Shown here: piece by piece, positions 54,269 to 63,851 of the stretch
Layout: each line of letters opens with the position of its first letter
Numbering within the stretch: position 1 is the first letter of the stretch
Source of the DNA: Gammaproteobacteria bacterium
GTDB lineage: Bacteria; Pseudomonadota; Gammaproteobacteria; Steroidobacterales; Rariloculaceae
NCBI GenBank assembly: GCA_036381015.1
Contig: DASVDR010000001.1
Span: forward strand, 5,325-69,324
Length of the DNA: 64,000 nucleotides
Reading direction: 5' to 3'
Notes under the pieces: generated by a model
Told to the model about the DNA's origin: nothing
Database searches by the model: none
Seen by the model: only the letters and a program-made list of their open reading frames with translations
Translations under genes and position numbers: made by a program

Positions 54269-56008
54269 GTGATGCGGGAGCCCAATTCGACAGCTCCGCC
54301 GGTGCGCGGGGGCGCTCCGGCGCGCCGACGGGGGCCGGCGCTTCTTCGTCACGCCTCGGAACGCACGGACCTCGTCGTCTTCGCCGCCGTGGCCGCGATC
54401 ATGTTCACGCTCGTCGCCTGGGGCGGCTTCGCCACGGACTCTCTCGCCGCCGTCACGGCGCGCGCGCTCGAGTGGCTGATCGTGAACCTCGGCTGGTTCT
54501 TCGTGCTCTCGGCCACGGGCTTCGTCGCCTTCGCGCTGTATCTCGCGTTCAGCCGCTTCGGCCGAATCCCGCTCGGCCGCGACGACGAGGAGCCCGAGTT
54601 CCGCACCGTGTCGTGGATCGCGATGATGTTCAGCGCGGGCATGGGCATCGGGCTGATGTTCTTCGGCGTCAGCGAGCCGCTGTCGCACTTCGTCAGCCCG
54701 CCGCCCGGCACGGTGCCGCTCGCCGCCGACGGCACCGTCGCCGCGGGCGCCGAAGCCCAAGCGATCCGCACGGCAATGGCGACTACGCTGTTTCACTGGA
54801 CGCTGCATCCGTGGGCGATCTACGCGGTCGCGGGTCTCGCGATCGCGTACAGCGCGTTCCGCAAAGGCCGCAGCCAGCTCATCAGCTCGGTATTCGCGCC
54901 GCTTCTCGGAAGCCGCGCGCATGGCCCCGCCGGCAAGCTGATCGACATCCTCGCGCTCTTCGCCACCCTCTTCGGCTCGGCGGCCTCGCTCGGGATCGGC
55001 ACGCTGCAGATCAGGACCGGCCTGATCGAGGCGGGGTGGATCGAAGGCGCGGGCGCGGGCGTGCTCGTGCTGATCATCGTCGCGCTCACGATCTGCTTCA
55101 TCGCGTCCGCCGTTTCCGGGGTGGCGAAAGGTATCCAGTACCTGTCGAACATCAACATGGTCCTCGCCGTGCTGCTCGCCGTGTTCGTGTTCGTCGTCGG
55201 GCCCACCGTGTTCATGCTGAACCTCGTGCCGACGTCGATCGGCAGCTACCTGAGCGACTTCGGCTTGATGGCGTCCCGCTCCGGGGCGACCGGCGGCGCC
55301 GCGATGAGCGCCTGGCTGCAAAGCTGGACCGTCTTCTACTGGGCCTGGTGGATCTCCTGGACGCCGTTCGTCGGAATGTTCATTGCGCGCATCAGCCGCG
55401 GACGCACGATTCGCCAGTTCATCGGCGGCGTCCTGCTCGTGCCGAGCGTGATCAGCGTGCTGTGGTTCTCGATCTTCGGCGGCGCCGCGATCGGTCTCGC
55501 CCGCGCCGGCGCGCCCGTGGTCGAAGGCGGCGCGGAGGCGCAGACGTTCAACGTGCTCGCCGAGCTGCCGCTCACGGGCATCACGTCCGCGATCGTGATC
55601 GTGCTGGTCGCGATCTTCTTCGTCTCGGGCGCGGACGCCGCGTCGGTCGTGATGGGCACGCTGTCCCAGCGCGGCTCCCTGTCGCCGTCCCGCTGGGTCG
55701 TGGTCTTCTGGGGCGCGGCGACGGGCGCGGTGGCCGCGATCATGCTCGCGATCGGCGGCAACGCCGCGCTCACCGGCATCCAGAACCTCACGTTCATCGC
55801 GGCGTTGCCGTTCACGGTCGTCATGGTCGCGATGTGCTACGCGCTGATGAAGGATCTCCTGCGCGATCCGATCGTCTTGCGGGAGAACAAGGCCACGGAG
55901 CTGCTCGACGCCGCCGTCGCCCAGGGCATCGAGGAGCACGACGGCGAGTTTCAGCTCGAGATCTCGCAGGCGGGCGGGACGAGCGCCGGATCGAGGACGC
56001 TACGCTGA
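54269..56008 (+). CDS. BCCT-family (betaine/carnitine/choline) transporter
   Basis: 579 aa with WIAMMFSAGMGIGLMFFGVSEP and WTVFYWAWWISWTPFVGMFIARISRGRTIR. The exact start is uncertain (GTG 54269 or ATG 54272). Confidence 0.9.
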   Translation: MMREPNSTAPPVRGGAPARRRGPALLRHASERTDLVVFAAVAAIMFTLVAWGGFATDSLAAVTARALEWLIVNLGWFFVLSATGFVAFALYLAFSRFGRIPLGRDDEEPEFRTVSWIAMMFSAGMGIGLMFFGVSEPLSHFVSPPPGTVPLAADGTVAAGAEAQAIRTAMATTLFHWTLHPWAIYAVAGLAIAYSAFRKGRSQLISSVFAPLLGSRAHGPAGKLIDILALFATLFGSAASLGIGTLQIRTGLIEAGWIEGAGAGVLVLIIVALTICFIASAVSGVAKGIQYLSNINMVLAVLLAVFVFVVGPTVFMLNLVPTSIGSYLSDFGLMASRSGATGGAAMSAWLQSWTVFYWAWWISWTPFVGMFIARISRGRTIRQFIGGVLLVPSVISVLWFSIFGGAAIGLARAGAPVVEGGAEAQTFNVLAELPLTGITSAIVIVLVAIFFVSGADAASVVMGTLSQRGSLSPSRWVVVFWGAATGAVAAIMLAIGGNAALTGIQNLTFIAALPFTVVMVAMCYALMKDLLRDPIVLRENKATELLDAAVAQGIEEHDGEFQLEISQAGGTSAGSRTLR

Positions 56009-56041
56009 CGACAGGGCAGAGCCCCGCCAACCACGGGAGCA

Positions 56042-57190
56042 TCAATCTCGGCGTGCTGTTCCAGCTCGACTACGAGGGCGCCGAATAGCCGCGCGCTCGG
56101 CCGCAGCTCGCGCTCGGCGTTTGGCTTCGAGCAGCCAGTGCGGGCAGCGGGCACGATCCGCATAAAGCCGCTCGCAATCGTCGCAGCGCACGCACTCGGT
56201 GACGACGATCCGCCGATTGCGGATCGCGCCCCACTCGCAGGTCTTCTCGCAGAGCCTGCACTGGCCGCACTCCGGCCAGCGCTTGATGCGGAAGACGGTC
56301 AGCATCGACAGCAGGCCGAGGGCGGCGCCGACCGGGCAGAGAAAGCGGCAGTAGAGGTTGCGTACGAAGACGCTCGCGACGAGCAGCGCGCCGAGGGCGA
56401 CCCAGAGCGCCGTCGACGCCTGGAAGGTGAACATCCAGAACGGCTCGATGTAGCGATAAAAGCCGATCTCGCGCGTCGCGAGGTAATAGGCGACGGCGCC
56501 GAGCAGAATCGCGTACTTGATGAAGCCGGCGCGCCGCTCGAGCGTCTCTGGAATGCGCAGCTGCCACCGCTTCGGCACGACCGCGTCGATCAGCTGCGTC
56601 AGCGCGCCGAACGCGCAGATCCGCCCGCAGTAGAGCCGGCCCCACAGCACGGTCGTGACGACGGCGAACGCCGCGAACGCGTACCACGCCAGGCTGTAAG
56701 AGAAGATCGGCAGGTTGCCGGTGACGGCGCCGAAGACGTTGACGATCGACAGCAGCTGGCTCTTGTAGACCCCCATGTACAGCACCGCGGCGACCAGCGT
56801 CAGGTACTTGAGCGCGACGCTGCGGCGCCAAAAGCCGATCATCGCGAGCGCGGCGAATGCCGCGAACAGCCCGAGGTCGACGGCCTGAGCGGCGGCGATC
56901 TCGAGAAACGCCGGCTCGACCTCGTCGACGTCCTCGAAGCTCCAGAGCTCGTCCCCGGCCGGCGCCTGCGATCCGCCGGCGAGGTCGTCCGCGGCCGGGG
57001 CCTGCGCGGGCGGCTCCGGCGCCTCATCGCCCGGCTGGGCGCGCGTGACGCCGAGCGCGAGCGCCGCGACGAGCAGCGCCCGCGCGAGAAGCGCCGCGCC
57101 CCGCCATGCGCTGCGGAGGCCGTCCGGAGGGCGGCGGCGCGGCCGCGCGTTCGGTCGTGCTGCGCGGGCCGGCTGCGGAATCGCCGTCAC
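56042..57190 (-). CDS. membrane-bound 4Fe-4S protein (NapH/NosR/NirI family, membrane + ferredoxin part)
   Basis: GTG 57190 overlaps the upstream stop (GTGA). Motifs are CGRICAFG, CRFLCPVG, CGQCRLCEKTCEWGAI and CVRCDDCE. Confidence 0.75.
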   Translation of the reverse strand: MTAIPQPARAARPNARPRRRPPDGLRSAWRGAALLARALLVAALALGVTRAQPGDEAPEPPAQAPAADDLAGGSQAPAGDELWSFEDVDEVEPAFLEIAAAQAVDLGLFAAFAALAMIGFWRRSVALKYLTLVAAVLYMGVYKSQLLSIVNVFGAVTGNLPIFSYSLAWYAFAAFAVVTTVLWGRLYCGRICAFGALTQLIDAVVPKRWQLRIPETLERRAGFIKYAILLGAVAYYLATREIGFYRYIEPFWMFTFQASTALWVALGALLVASVFVRNLYCRFLCPVGAALGLLSMLTVFRIKRWPECGQCRLCEKTCEWGAIRNRRIVVTECVRCDDCERLYADRARCPHWLLEAKRRARAAAERAAIRRPRSRAGTARRD

Positions 57191-57711
57191 GGCTTCGGCG
57201 GCGTGAGATAAGCGCGAGCGATGCGGCGCGAGCTGTTGCGCACCGCGCGGCTCGCGCTCGTGACGGTGATCGTGGCGCGCGTGATCGCGTCGATGTCCTC
57301 GCCGACCCGGAAACGGTCGCGGACGCTCTTGCCCGCGAATTGCTCGGCGAATTCCGGCAGGTCGACCGAGAAGTAGCCGTAAGGCTCGCGATGATCGGTG
57401 ACCACGATGCCTCTCAGAACGCCGTTCGTATCGATGCCGACGAGCATCTTGATCGGCCCGTCGTAGCCGCGCTCGAGCGGCTCGAGCTCGGTGGTCCAGT
57501 AGGCGAGACCGAGCAGCTGCGGCGACTTGCCGGGCTCGGCCGGTCCGAACGCCTTGTAGTGCGGCGGGCTGCCTTCCTTCTTCGAGAAGCTCGCAGCGTC
57601 GGGAAAAAGCTTCGCGAGATGCGCGTGCACTTCCGGCTCGTCGACCGACTGGCTGCGGACGGCCGCCGACGCGACGAGACAGCAAGCGACGGCGAGCAGG
57701 ACGATTCGCAA
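57187..57711 (-). CDS. periplasmic FMN-binding domain protein (NosR N-terminal-like)
   Basis: 174 aa with signal peptide MRIVLLAVACCLVASAAV. DAITRATITVTSASRAV matches the FMN_bind motif (Thr attachment site context). Confidence 0.75.
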   Translation of the reverse strand: MRIVLLAVACCLVASAAVRSQSVDEPEVHAHLAKLFPDAASFSKKEGSPPHYKAFGPAEPGKSPQLLGLAYWTTELEPLERGYDGPIKMLVGIDTNGVLRGIVVTDHREPYGYFSVDLPEFAEQFAGKSVRDRFRVGEDIDAITRATITVTSASRAVRNSSRRIARAYLTPPKP

Positions 57712-57873
57712 CGTGATTCTCCTTCCCCCCGATCCGATTATCCGAACCGCCGGCTTCCGCGGTCAATTTGCCGGCGGAATGGCCAAGGGCGTCTCGGCAT
57801 GCTAAGACTGGCACCGGCGATCGGCGGCCCGCCGGCGGCTCCGATCATGTCCACGACTATCGCACGGAACGAA

Positions 57874-58347
57874 ATGAAGAAGATCATTCCTTTCGCGCTC
57901 GCTTCCTTTACGGTGCCGCTCCTCGGCGGCTCGGACGTCGCGACGGCCCAGTCCGGTCTCGAGGATCGCCTGGCGGCGGCGACGCGGGTCGATTGCCGCT
58001 TCACGGCGCTCGCCACGGGCCGATGGGATGGGGCCGAGGCCACAGCGACGCTCGGCGACGCTGATCTCGAAACGTCGTTCTTCGACATCGACGTCAATGA
58101 AGGCACGGCGGAGGCCGACAGCGCGCTAGGCGCGATGTTCATCGTCGTCCGCTACTCTCACGGCTACTTGCACTTCCTCGAGATGAGCGACGCCGGCCCG
58201 CTTCACGTCACGACCGTTCTCGCGCAGGAGACGGTCGACGGCCGCATGAAGGCCGTGCACACCCGCCACGAGTACTCGCCGATCGAGCTGCCGGGGTTCA
58301 CGTCGCGCCCCGAGATGTACGTGGGCGATTGCGCGGTCGAGGGTTGA
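57874..58347 (+). CDS. secreted hypothetical protein
   Basis: Signal peptide MKKIIPFALASFTVPLLGGSDVATAQ. An alternative start is at 57847. No family recognised. Confidence 0.55.
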   Translation: MKKIIPFALASFTVPLLGGSDVATAQSGLEDRLAAATRVDCRFTALATGRWDGAEATATLGDADLETSFFDIDVNEGTAEADSALGAMFIVVRYSHGYLHFLEMSDAGPLHVTTVLAQETVDGRMKAVHTRHEYSPIELPGFTSRPEMYVGDCAVEG

Positions 58348-58445
58348 CGGCGCGCGGCCGATAGGGCGACTCGGCGCGAATCGATCTTGGAGAACGAAAG
58401 GCGGCGGCCGGCCGTGCCCGGACCGCCGCCGCCGGAATGCGGCCG

Positions 58446-59777
58446 TTAGGTGAGCTGCAGCCGGCCGGTGCTCGTGCCGATCGAGTCGACCTCGCAGCCC
58501 GCGAGGTCGGCCAGCGCGAGCAGCAGGTTCGCGGTGGGCTCCTCGTGCTGAACGGCGATGTGGAGGTTGCCTTCCAGGCGCCCGTTCGCTTTGCCGAGCA
58601 GCAGCGCCGGCGCGTTGTGGCGGTCGTGCTCGTTGCCGTTGCTCATGCCGCTGCCCCAGTAGATCACGGCCGCATCGAGCAGCGTGCCGTCGCCGTCCAG
58701 CGTCGCGCTCAGCTTCTCGGCGAACTCCGCGAGCTTCACGATCTGGTACGTCGTGATCCGCGCGTACTTCTCGATGCCTTCGGGCTTGTCGCCGTGATGC
58801 GAGACCGGATGGTGCGGCTCCGGAATGCCGATGTGCGCGTAGCTGCGGCTGCTGCCTTCGTGCCCGAGCATGAACGTGAAGACGCGCGTGAGGTCGGCCT
58901 GGAACGCGAGGTGCAGCAGATCGTAGGTAACGCTCAGATGCTCGTCGAACTGATCGGGAATGCCGACCGGTGCCGACGGCAGGTCCGTGAGCGAATGGGC
59001 GCGTGCCTGCATCCGCTGAAGCTGCGTCTCGACGCGACGCACGTTCGTGAGGTACTCGTCCAGGATGGCGTTGTCCGACGGGCCGAGCTTGCGCTCGAGC
59101 TTCTTCGCCTCCTCCATGACCGAGTCGAGCAGGCTTTGCTTCTGCTCGAGGCGCGCGAGACGCTGCTCGGCGGTGCCCGGATCGCCGAACATGCGCTCGA
59201 ACGTGACTTGCGGATTGATGCCGACCGGCAGCGGGCTCGTGTCGTCGCGCCAGGAGATCGTGTTGAAGAACACGCACGGGAAGCCGTCGCAGGCGCCGGT
59301 CGACGTGCCCATGTCCTCCGTGCCGACCTCGAGCGAGCGCAGCGGCGTATCCTCCGCGATCGCGTCGGCGATGTATTGATCGACGGTCTTCCGCGACTCG
59401 ATCCGGCTGAAGCTGCCGTGGTCGCCGACCGGACCCACGCCGTTCAGCCAGGCCGCGCTCGCTCCCATGTGCACGCCGCCCATGTCCGGTCTGCCGTCCG
59501 GCGCCTTCAACTTGCTGATCGTGGTCACGTAGTCCCGGTACGGCTCGAGCGCCTTCATGATCGGCTGGAACTCGAAGTCGCGCCCGACCTTCTCGGGATG
59601 CCACAGCTGCGGATAGACCCCGTTCGGCATGTAGACCGCGCCGAACCGGAACGGCCGCGGGGCCGCGCTCTGCGCGAAGGCCGGCACCATTGCATCCAGG
59701 AACGGCAAAGCCACCATCGAGCCCAACGCGCCGCGGAGGAAGGTGCGGCGATGCAGATGCTTCTTCGTGACGAACAT
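58446..59777 (-). CDS. DUF1552 domain-containing Tat-signal protein (copy 2)
   Basis: The N-terminus is MFVTKKHLHRRTFLRGALGSMVALPFLDAM. It is collinear with copy 1, with roughly one-third identity by eye. Confidence 0.85.
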   Translation of the reverse strand: MFVTKKHLHRRTFLRGALGSMVALPFLDAMVPAFAQSAAPRPFRFGAVYMPNGVYPQLWHPEKVGRDFEFQPIMKALEPYRDYVTTISKLKAPDGRPDMGGVHMGASAAWLNGVGPVGDHGSFSRIESRKTVDQYIADAIAEDTPLRSLEVGTEDMGTSTGACDGFPCVFFNTISWRDDTSPLPVGINPQVTFERMFGDPGTAEQRLARLEQKQSLLDSVMEEAKKLERKLGPSDNAILDEYLTNVRRVETQLQRMQARAHSLTDLPSAPVGIPDQFDEHLSVTYDLLHLAFQADLTRVFTFMLGHEGSSRSYAHIGIPEPHHPVSHHGDKPEGIEKYARITTYQIVKLAEFAEKLSATLDGDGTLLDAAVIYWGSGMSNGNEHDRHNAPALLLGKANGRLEGNLHIAVQHEEPTANLLLALADLAGCEVDSIGTSTGRLQLT

Positions 59778-59781
59778 GGTG

Positions 59782-62214
59782 CTACTCCCGGTTCTGCGCG
59801 ATGCTCTCGGCCGCGTCGGCGGCCGCGGGCTTGGACCTCATCTGGAACGGAAGGCTGTCGACGATGCCGAGTATGATGGACATCATCCGGTAATCGTCCA
59901 CGGCCGCATTTCTCAGAATCCGCCGGACGGCCGGCATGTCGGCCGGTTTGAGCCCCCGGCCGAGGGCATAGGTCAGAAGCTTCTCGGTGACCGTGCCGGC
60001 AAAGACCTCGGGCTTCGCCAGGATCGCCTCGCGAAGCTCGACCGGGCCGTTCACCTCGGTGCCGTCGACCAGCACGCCGGACGCGTCGATCTCGAGCCCA
60101 TCGCGCGTCTCGTCCCGCCACTGCCCGACGGCGTTGAAATTCTCGAGCGCGAAGCCGATCGGATCGATGTCGTCGTGGCAGCCGGCGCACACCGGATTCT
60201 TCCGATGGATCTCGAGCTGCTCGCGGACCGTCGAGGGCCGATTCTTCGGCGCGCTGTCCTCGAGCGCCGGGACCACGGCCGGCGGCGGGTCCGGCGGGCT
60301 GTTCAGGAGGTTCGCGAGCACGAACTTGCCGCGAATGATCGGCGACGTGCGGCTCGCGGCGGACGTGAGCGACAGGAAGCTGCCGTGGCCGAGCAGGCCG
60401 AAGCGGTTCGGGTCGGTGAGCTCCACGCGGCGGAAGCGCGTGCCGTACACGCCGGGAATGCCGTAGTGCCGGGCGAGGCGCTCGTTCACGAACGTGTAAT
60501 CGGCGGAGAGCAGCTCCAGCACGCTGCGGTTCTGCCGCACGACGTATCCGAACAGCATCTCCGTCTCGCGGCGAAAGGCCTTGCGCAGGTTGTCGTCGAA
60601 GTCCGGGAAGAGCAGCAGGTCCGGTATCACCCGCTGCTCGAGATTGCGCAGCTGCAGCCACTGCCCGGTGAAGTTCTCGACGAGCGCATCGGCACGCTCG
60701 TCGGCGACCATCCGGCGAACCTGCGCTTCGAGCACGTCTGGCTCGCGCAGCCGGCCCTGCTCGGCCAGGGCGAGCAGCTCCTCGTCCGGAATGCTCGACC
60801 AGAGGAAGAACGAGAGCCGTGACGCGAGCTCGATGTCGCTGATCGGGTGAACCGAGCCGGGCGCGAGATCCTCGGGGCTTCGCTCGGTGCGAAACAGGAA
60901 CGACGGGCTGACCAGAATCCGCGCAAGGCCTGCGCGGATGCCGTCCTCGAAATCGCCGCCGTCGGCGCGCGCGCCTTCGTAGAACTCGAGCGGCGCAGCG
61001 ATGTCGGCCTCGCCCACGGGCCGGCGGAACGCGCGCCGCGCGAGCGTGCCGAAGATCTCCTCGGCGCACGATCGCTCCTCGGTCGCGGATTCCGGATAGC
61101 AGACGAAAATGCGCGCCCGGCTCGGCGTGTCGCTGACGCCTCGCACGTCGTACGGCCCCTCGATGATGCCGAACTCGAGCCTCGGCAACCCGGAGGGGTT
61201 GTGTGCTTCCTGGGAGTCGCGCAGCGACGGCTGCCAGACGTCCTGCCGCATCGTCGGCTTCTCGACGAACGTGAAGCCGACGTCGTGCGGACCCGCCGTG
61301 ACCGGGATCGGCGGCGACGTCAGGCGCTCGTCCATCGTAGCGCGGGAGATCGTGATGTTGTCCGAGCTCTCCTGGTGGTCCTCGGGACCGCCGATGGGCG
61401 CGCGGAACACCTCCTCGCCGTCGATCAGCACGATGAACTCGTGCGGCTCGTCGTGACCTTCGACGCCGACGTAGCCTTCGGCCACGGTGCTGAGCAGCCG
61501 GCCGGCGAACACGTAGTCCGCGTCGGCCGGGAAATAATGGCGTACCCGCATGCCGCCGCGCGTGCCGAGCGGCAGCCCTTCCATGCGCGCGTCCTGTGTG
61601 ACCTCCGTGGGGATCTTGTACGTCGCGGCGGTCGGCACGGCGTCCGGATCACCGACGGCCAGCGCGCTCACGCGCAGTGCCGCCGTGAGGTACCGCTCGA
61701 GCAGCAGCGGCGACGTCGTGAGCGCGGCCGCGATGTTGTCGAAGCCGAAATCGCCCCCGTCGCTCGGCAAGAGCTCCGCCACGTCGACCTCGATGCCGAG
61801 CAGATCGCGGATCGCATTGCCGTATTCGGCGCGATTCAGGCGGTGCACGGGGGTGAACCCGGCATAGGGCCGCGCCTCGGCCGCGGCGTCGAGCGTGCCT
61901 TCGAGCGCGGCGACGAGCTCCGCGCGCACCTCGGGCGCGGGCTGCGGCCGGTCACGCGGCGGCATCATTCCGAGCCGCAGCTTGCGGATCGCTTTCTCGA
62001 ACAGCGCGGCGTGCCCCGGCACATCCTCCGGGCGGAGCGACTCGAACGAGATGTCGCCCGTGTACTCGGTATCGTTGTGACAGTCGACGCAGTAGCGGTC
62101 GAGCACCGCCCAGTCGCTGCGGAGCACCGCCTCGGGCGACCGGCCGATCCACAGATAAGCGCCCGCGGCGGCCGCAGCCGCGGCACCCGCTGCGAAATAC
62201 ACGCGACGCCTCAT
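59782..62214 (-). CDS. DUF1592-family protein with two CXXCH motifs (copy 2)
   Basis: DRYCVDCHN near the N-terminus and NPVCAGCHDDIDPIGFALENF near the C-terminus. 810 aa. ATGA overlap with the upstream ankyrin gene. Confidence 0.85.
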   Translation of the reverse strand: MRRRVYFAAGAAAAAAAGAYLWIGRSPEAVLRSDWAVLDRYCVDCHNDTEYTGDISFESLRPEDVPGHAALFEKAIRKLRLGMMPPRDRPQPAPEVRAELVAALEGTLDAAAEARPYAGFTPVHRLNRAEYGNAIRDLLGIEVDVAELLPSDGGDFGFDNIAAALTTSPLLLERYLTAALRVSALAVGDPDAVPTAATYKIPTEVTQDARMEGLPLGTRGGMRVRHYFPADADYVFAGRLLSTVAEGYVGVEGHDEPHEFIVLIDGEEVFRAPIGGPEDHQESSDNITISRATMDERLTSPPIPVTAGPHDVGFTFVEKPTMRQDVWQPSLRDSQEAHNPSGLPRLEFGIIEGPYDVRGVSDTPSRARIFVCYPESATEERSCAEEIFGTLARRAFRRPVGEADIAAPLEFYEGARADGGDFEDGIRAGLARILVSPSFLFRTERSPEDLAPGSVHPISDIELASRLSFFLWSSIPDEELLALAEQGRLREPDVLEAQVRRMVADERADALVENFTGQWLQLRNLEQRVIPDLLLFPDFDDNLRKAFRRETEMLFGYVVRQNRSVLELLSADYTFVNERLARHYGIPGVYGTRFRRVELTDPNRFGLLGHGSFLSLTSAASRTSPIIRGKFVLANLLNSPPDPPPAVVPALEDSAPKNRPSTVREQLEIHRKNPVCAGCHDDIDPIGFALENFNAVGQWRDETRDGLEIDASGVLVDGTEVNGPVELREAILAKPEVFAGTVTEKLLTYALGRGLKPADMPAVRRILRNAAVDDYRMMSIILGIVDSLPFQMRSKPAAADAAESIAQNRE

Positions 62215-63851
62215 TCGACGGAATCTCCGGCAGTGTCGGCGCTCGCCGTGCGAGGCGTGTACGGCTCGATCGGCACGCCGGCGGCGGCCATCAGCTCGCG
62301 CAGCGCGCCGGCCATCTCATCGAACGTGGCGTCGCCGCGGTTCGGCGGAGGCGCGCCGGCGGCCGGCGGCGGCTCCTCCGGCGGATTCTCGGCCAGCTGC
62401 AGCGGCGTGCGGCCCTCCGCGTCGACGACGTCGAGCGCGGCGCCCGCCTCGGCCAGCGCCCGGATCACGTCGAGGCGATGGCTCTTCACGGCGACGTGCA
62501 GCGCAGAATCGCCGTCCGGCGTTTTCGCGTCCGGGTTCGCCCCGGCCGCGAGCAGCAGCCTGACCGCCTCCGCCGGATCGCGCGTGCCCGGCTCGCGGAA
62601 CTCGGGAGGGCCGAGCCGCAGGTCGCCCGGCCCGCCGGACGGGGGCACGCCCTGGCCGCCGTTCATCGCGACGAGGATCGGCGCCTTGCCGACGTTCGCG
62701 TTCGGCCCCGGCCCGGCATCGGCCACGCGCGACGGGCTCCATTCGAGGTCCGCGCCGTGCTCGATCATGAGCGCGAGCGCGTCGAGGTCGGCGGCCACGG
62801 CCGCGCGATAGAACGGCGACGCGTTCGCGTACGTGTCGCAGCACATCGAATACGAATGCAGCTGGCCCACGAACGGCTGGTTCGGGTCGGCGCCGGCCTC
62901 GAGCAGCAACGCGATCAGGTCGAGCGCCGAGTGCTCGTTCGGGTGATCGGGCCGCAGGCGGGAGCCGTCGTGCGCGTACCAATCGGTCGTCGCGTCGCGC
63001 ATCTCGACGGCGTAGTACAGCGAGCCGTCGTTCGGGTCGGCGCCGTGCTCGAGCAGCCACGCGGCGAGGTCGAGCCGATCGTTCACGATCGCGATCATCA
63101 TCGCGGTCGCGCCGTCGCCGTTCTTCAGGTTCACGTTGGCGCCCGCCTCGACGAGCCGGCGGACGACCTCGTCGTGACCGTTGCGGGCGGCGAACATCAG
63201 CGCCGTGAAGCCGCCGGTGGGGAAGTCGGCGTTGATGCTGCGCTTGGTCAGCTCGCTGACGCGGGCTTGGCGATTCGGATCGGCGCCGGCGGCGAGGAGC
63301 AGGTCGACGACTTCCGTGTGGCCGTCGACCGCGGCCCACATCAGCGGCGTCTGCTCCTGGAACGCATCGGCCGCGTTCGGGTCGGCGCCGTGATCGAGCA
63401 GCAGCTTCACGGCCTCCGTGCTTCCGGTCCGGGCCGCGGCCATCAGCGGAGTGGCGCCCTCGGGGTGTGCGAGCGAAGCGTCGGCGCCGGCCTCGAGCAG
63501 CGCGCCGATCATCGCCGCGTCGCCGGTACGGCTCGCCTGAAGCAGCGGCGTCATGCCGAAGTCGTTCGCGACGTTCGGATCGGCACCGGCGGCGAGCAGC
63601 GCGCGGGCCATCTCGAGGTCGGACGCGTAGGATGCCCAGAGGAGGGCGGTGGAGCCGTCGTTGGCCGGCGCGTCGACGTCCGCGCCGTCGCGAATGAGGG
63701 CGAGAAGCGTCTCGAGATCGCCGTCGCGGGCGGCGTCGGCCGCCGGGCTGCCGGCGGCGAAGGCGGTGGGGCCGAGCAGGACCAGAGCGGCGAGCGCGGC
63801 GGACAGGGCCCGTGGGGCTGCCGCGCCGACGCGCGGAACCGGTGTTCGCAT
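62211..63851 (-). CDS. secreted ankyrin-repeat protein (copy 2)
   Basis: SD GGGGAGAAG. Signal peptide is MRTPVPRVGAAAPRALSAALAALVLLGPTAFAAG. It has many ANK repeats. Confidence 0.85.
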   Translation of the reverse strand: MRTPVPRVGAAAPRALSAALAALVLLGPTAFAAGSPAADAARDGDLETLLALIRDGADVDAPANDGSTALLWASYASDLEMARALLAAGADPNVANDFGMTPLLQASRTGDAAMIGALLEAGADASLAHPEGATPLMAAARTGSTEAVKLLLDHGADPNAADAFQEQTPLMWAAVDGHTEVVDLLLAAGADPNRQARVSELTKRSINADFPTGGFTALMFAARNGHDEVVRRLVEAGANVNLKNGDGATAMMIAIVNDRLDLAAWLLEHGADPNDGSLYYAVEMRDATTDWYAHDGSRLRPDHPNEHSALDLIALLLEAGADPNQPFVGQLHSYSMCCDTYANASPFYRAAVAADLDALALMIEHGADLEWSPSRVADAGPGPNANVGKAPILVAMNGGQGVPPSGGPGDLRLGPPEFREPGTRDPAEAVRLLLAAGANPDAKTPDGDSALHVAVKSHRLDVIRALAEAGAALDVVDAEGRTPLQLAENPPEEPPPAAGAPPPNRGDATFDEMAGALRELMAAAGVPIEPYTPRTASADTAGDSVE

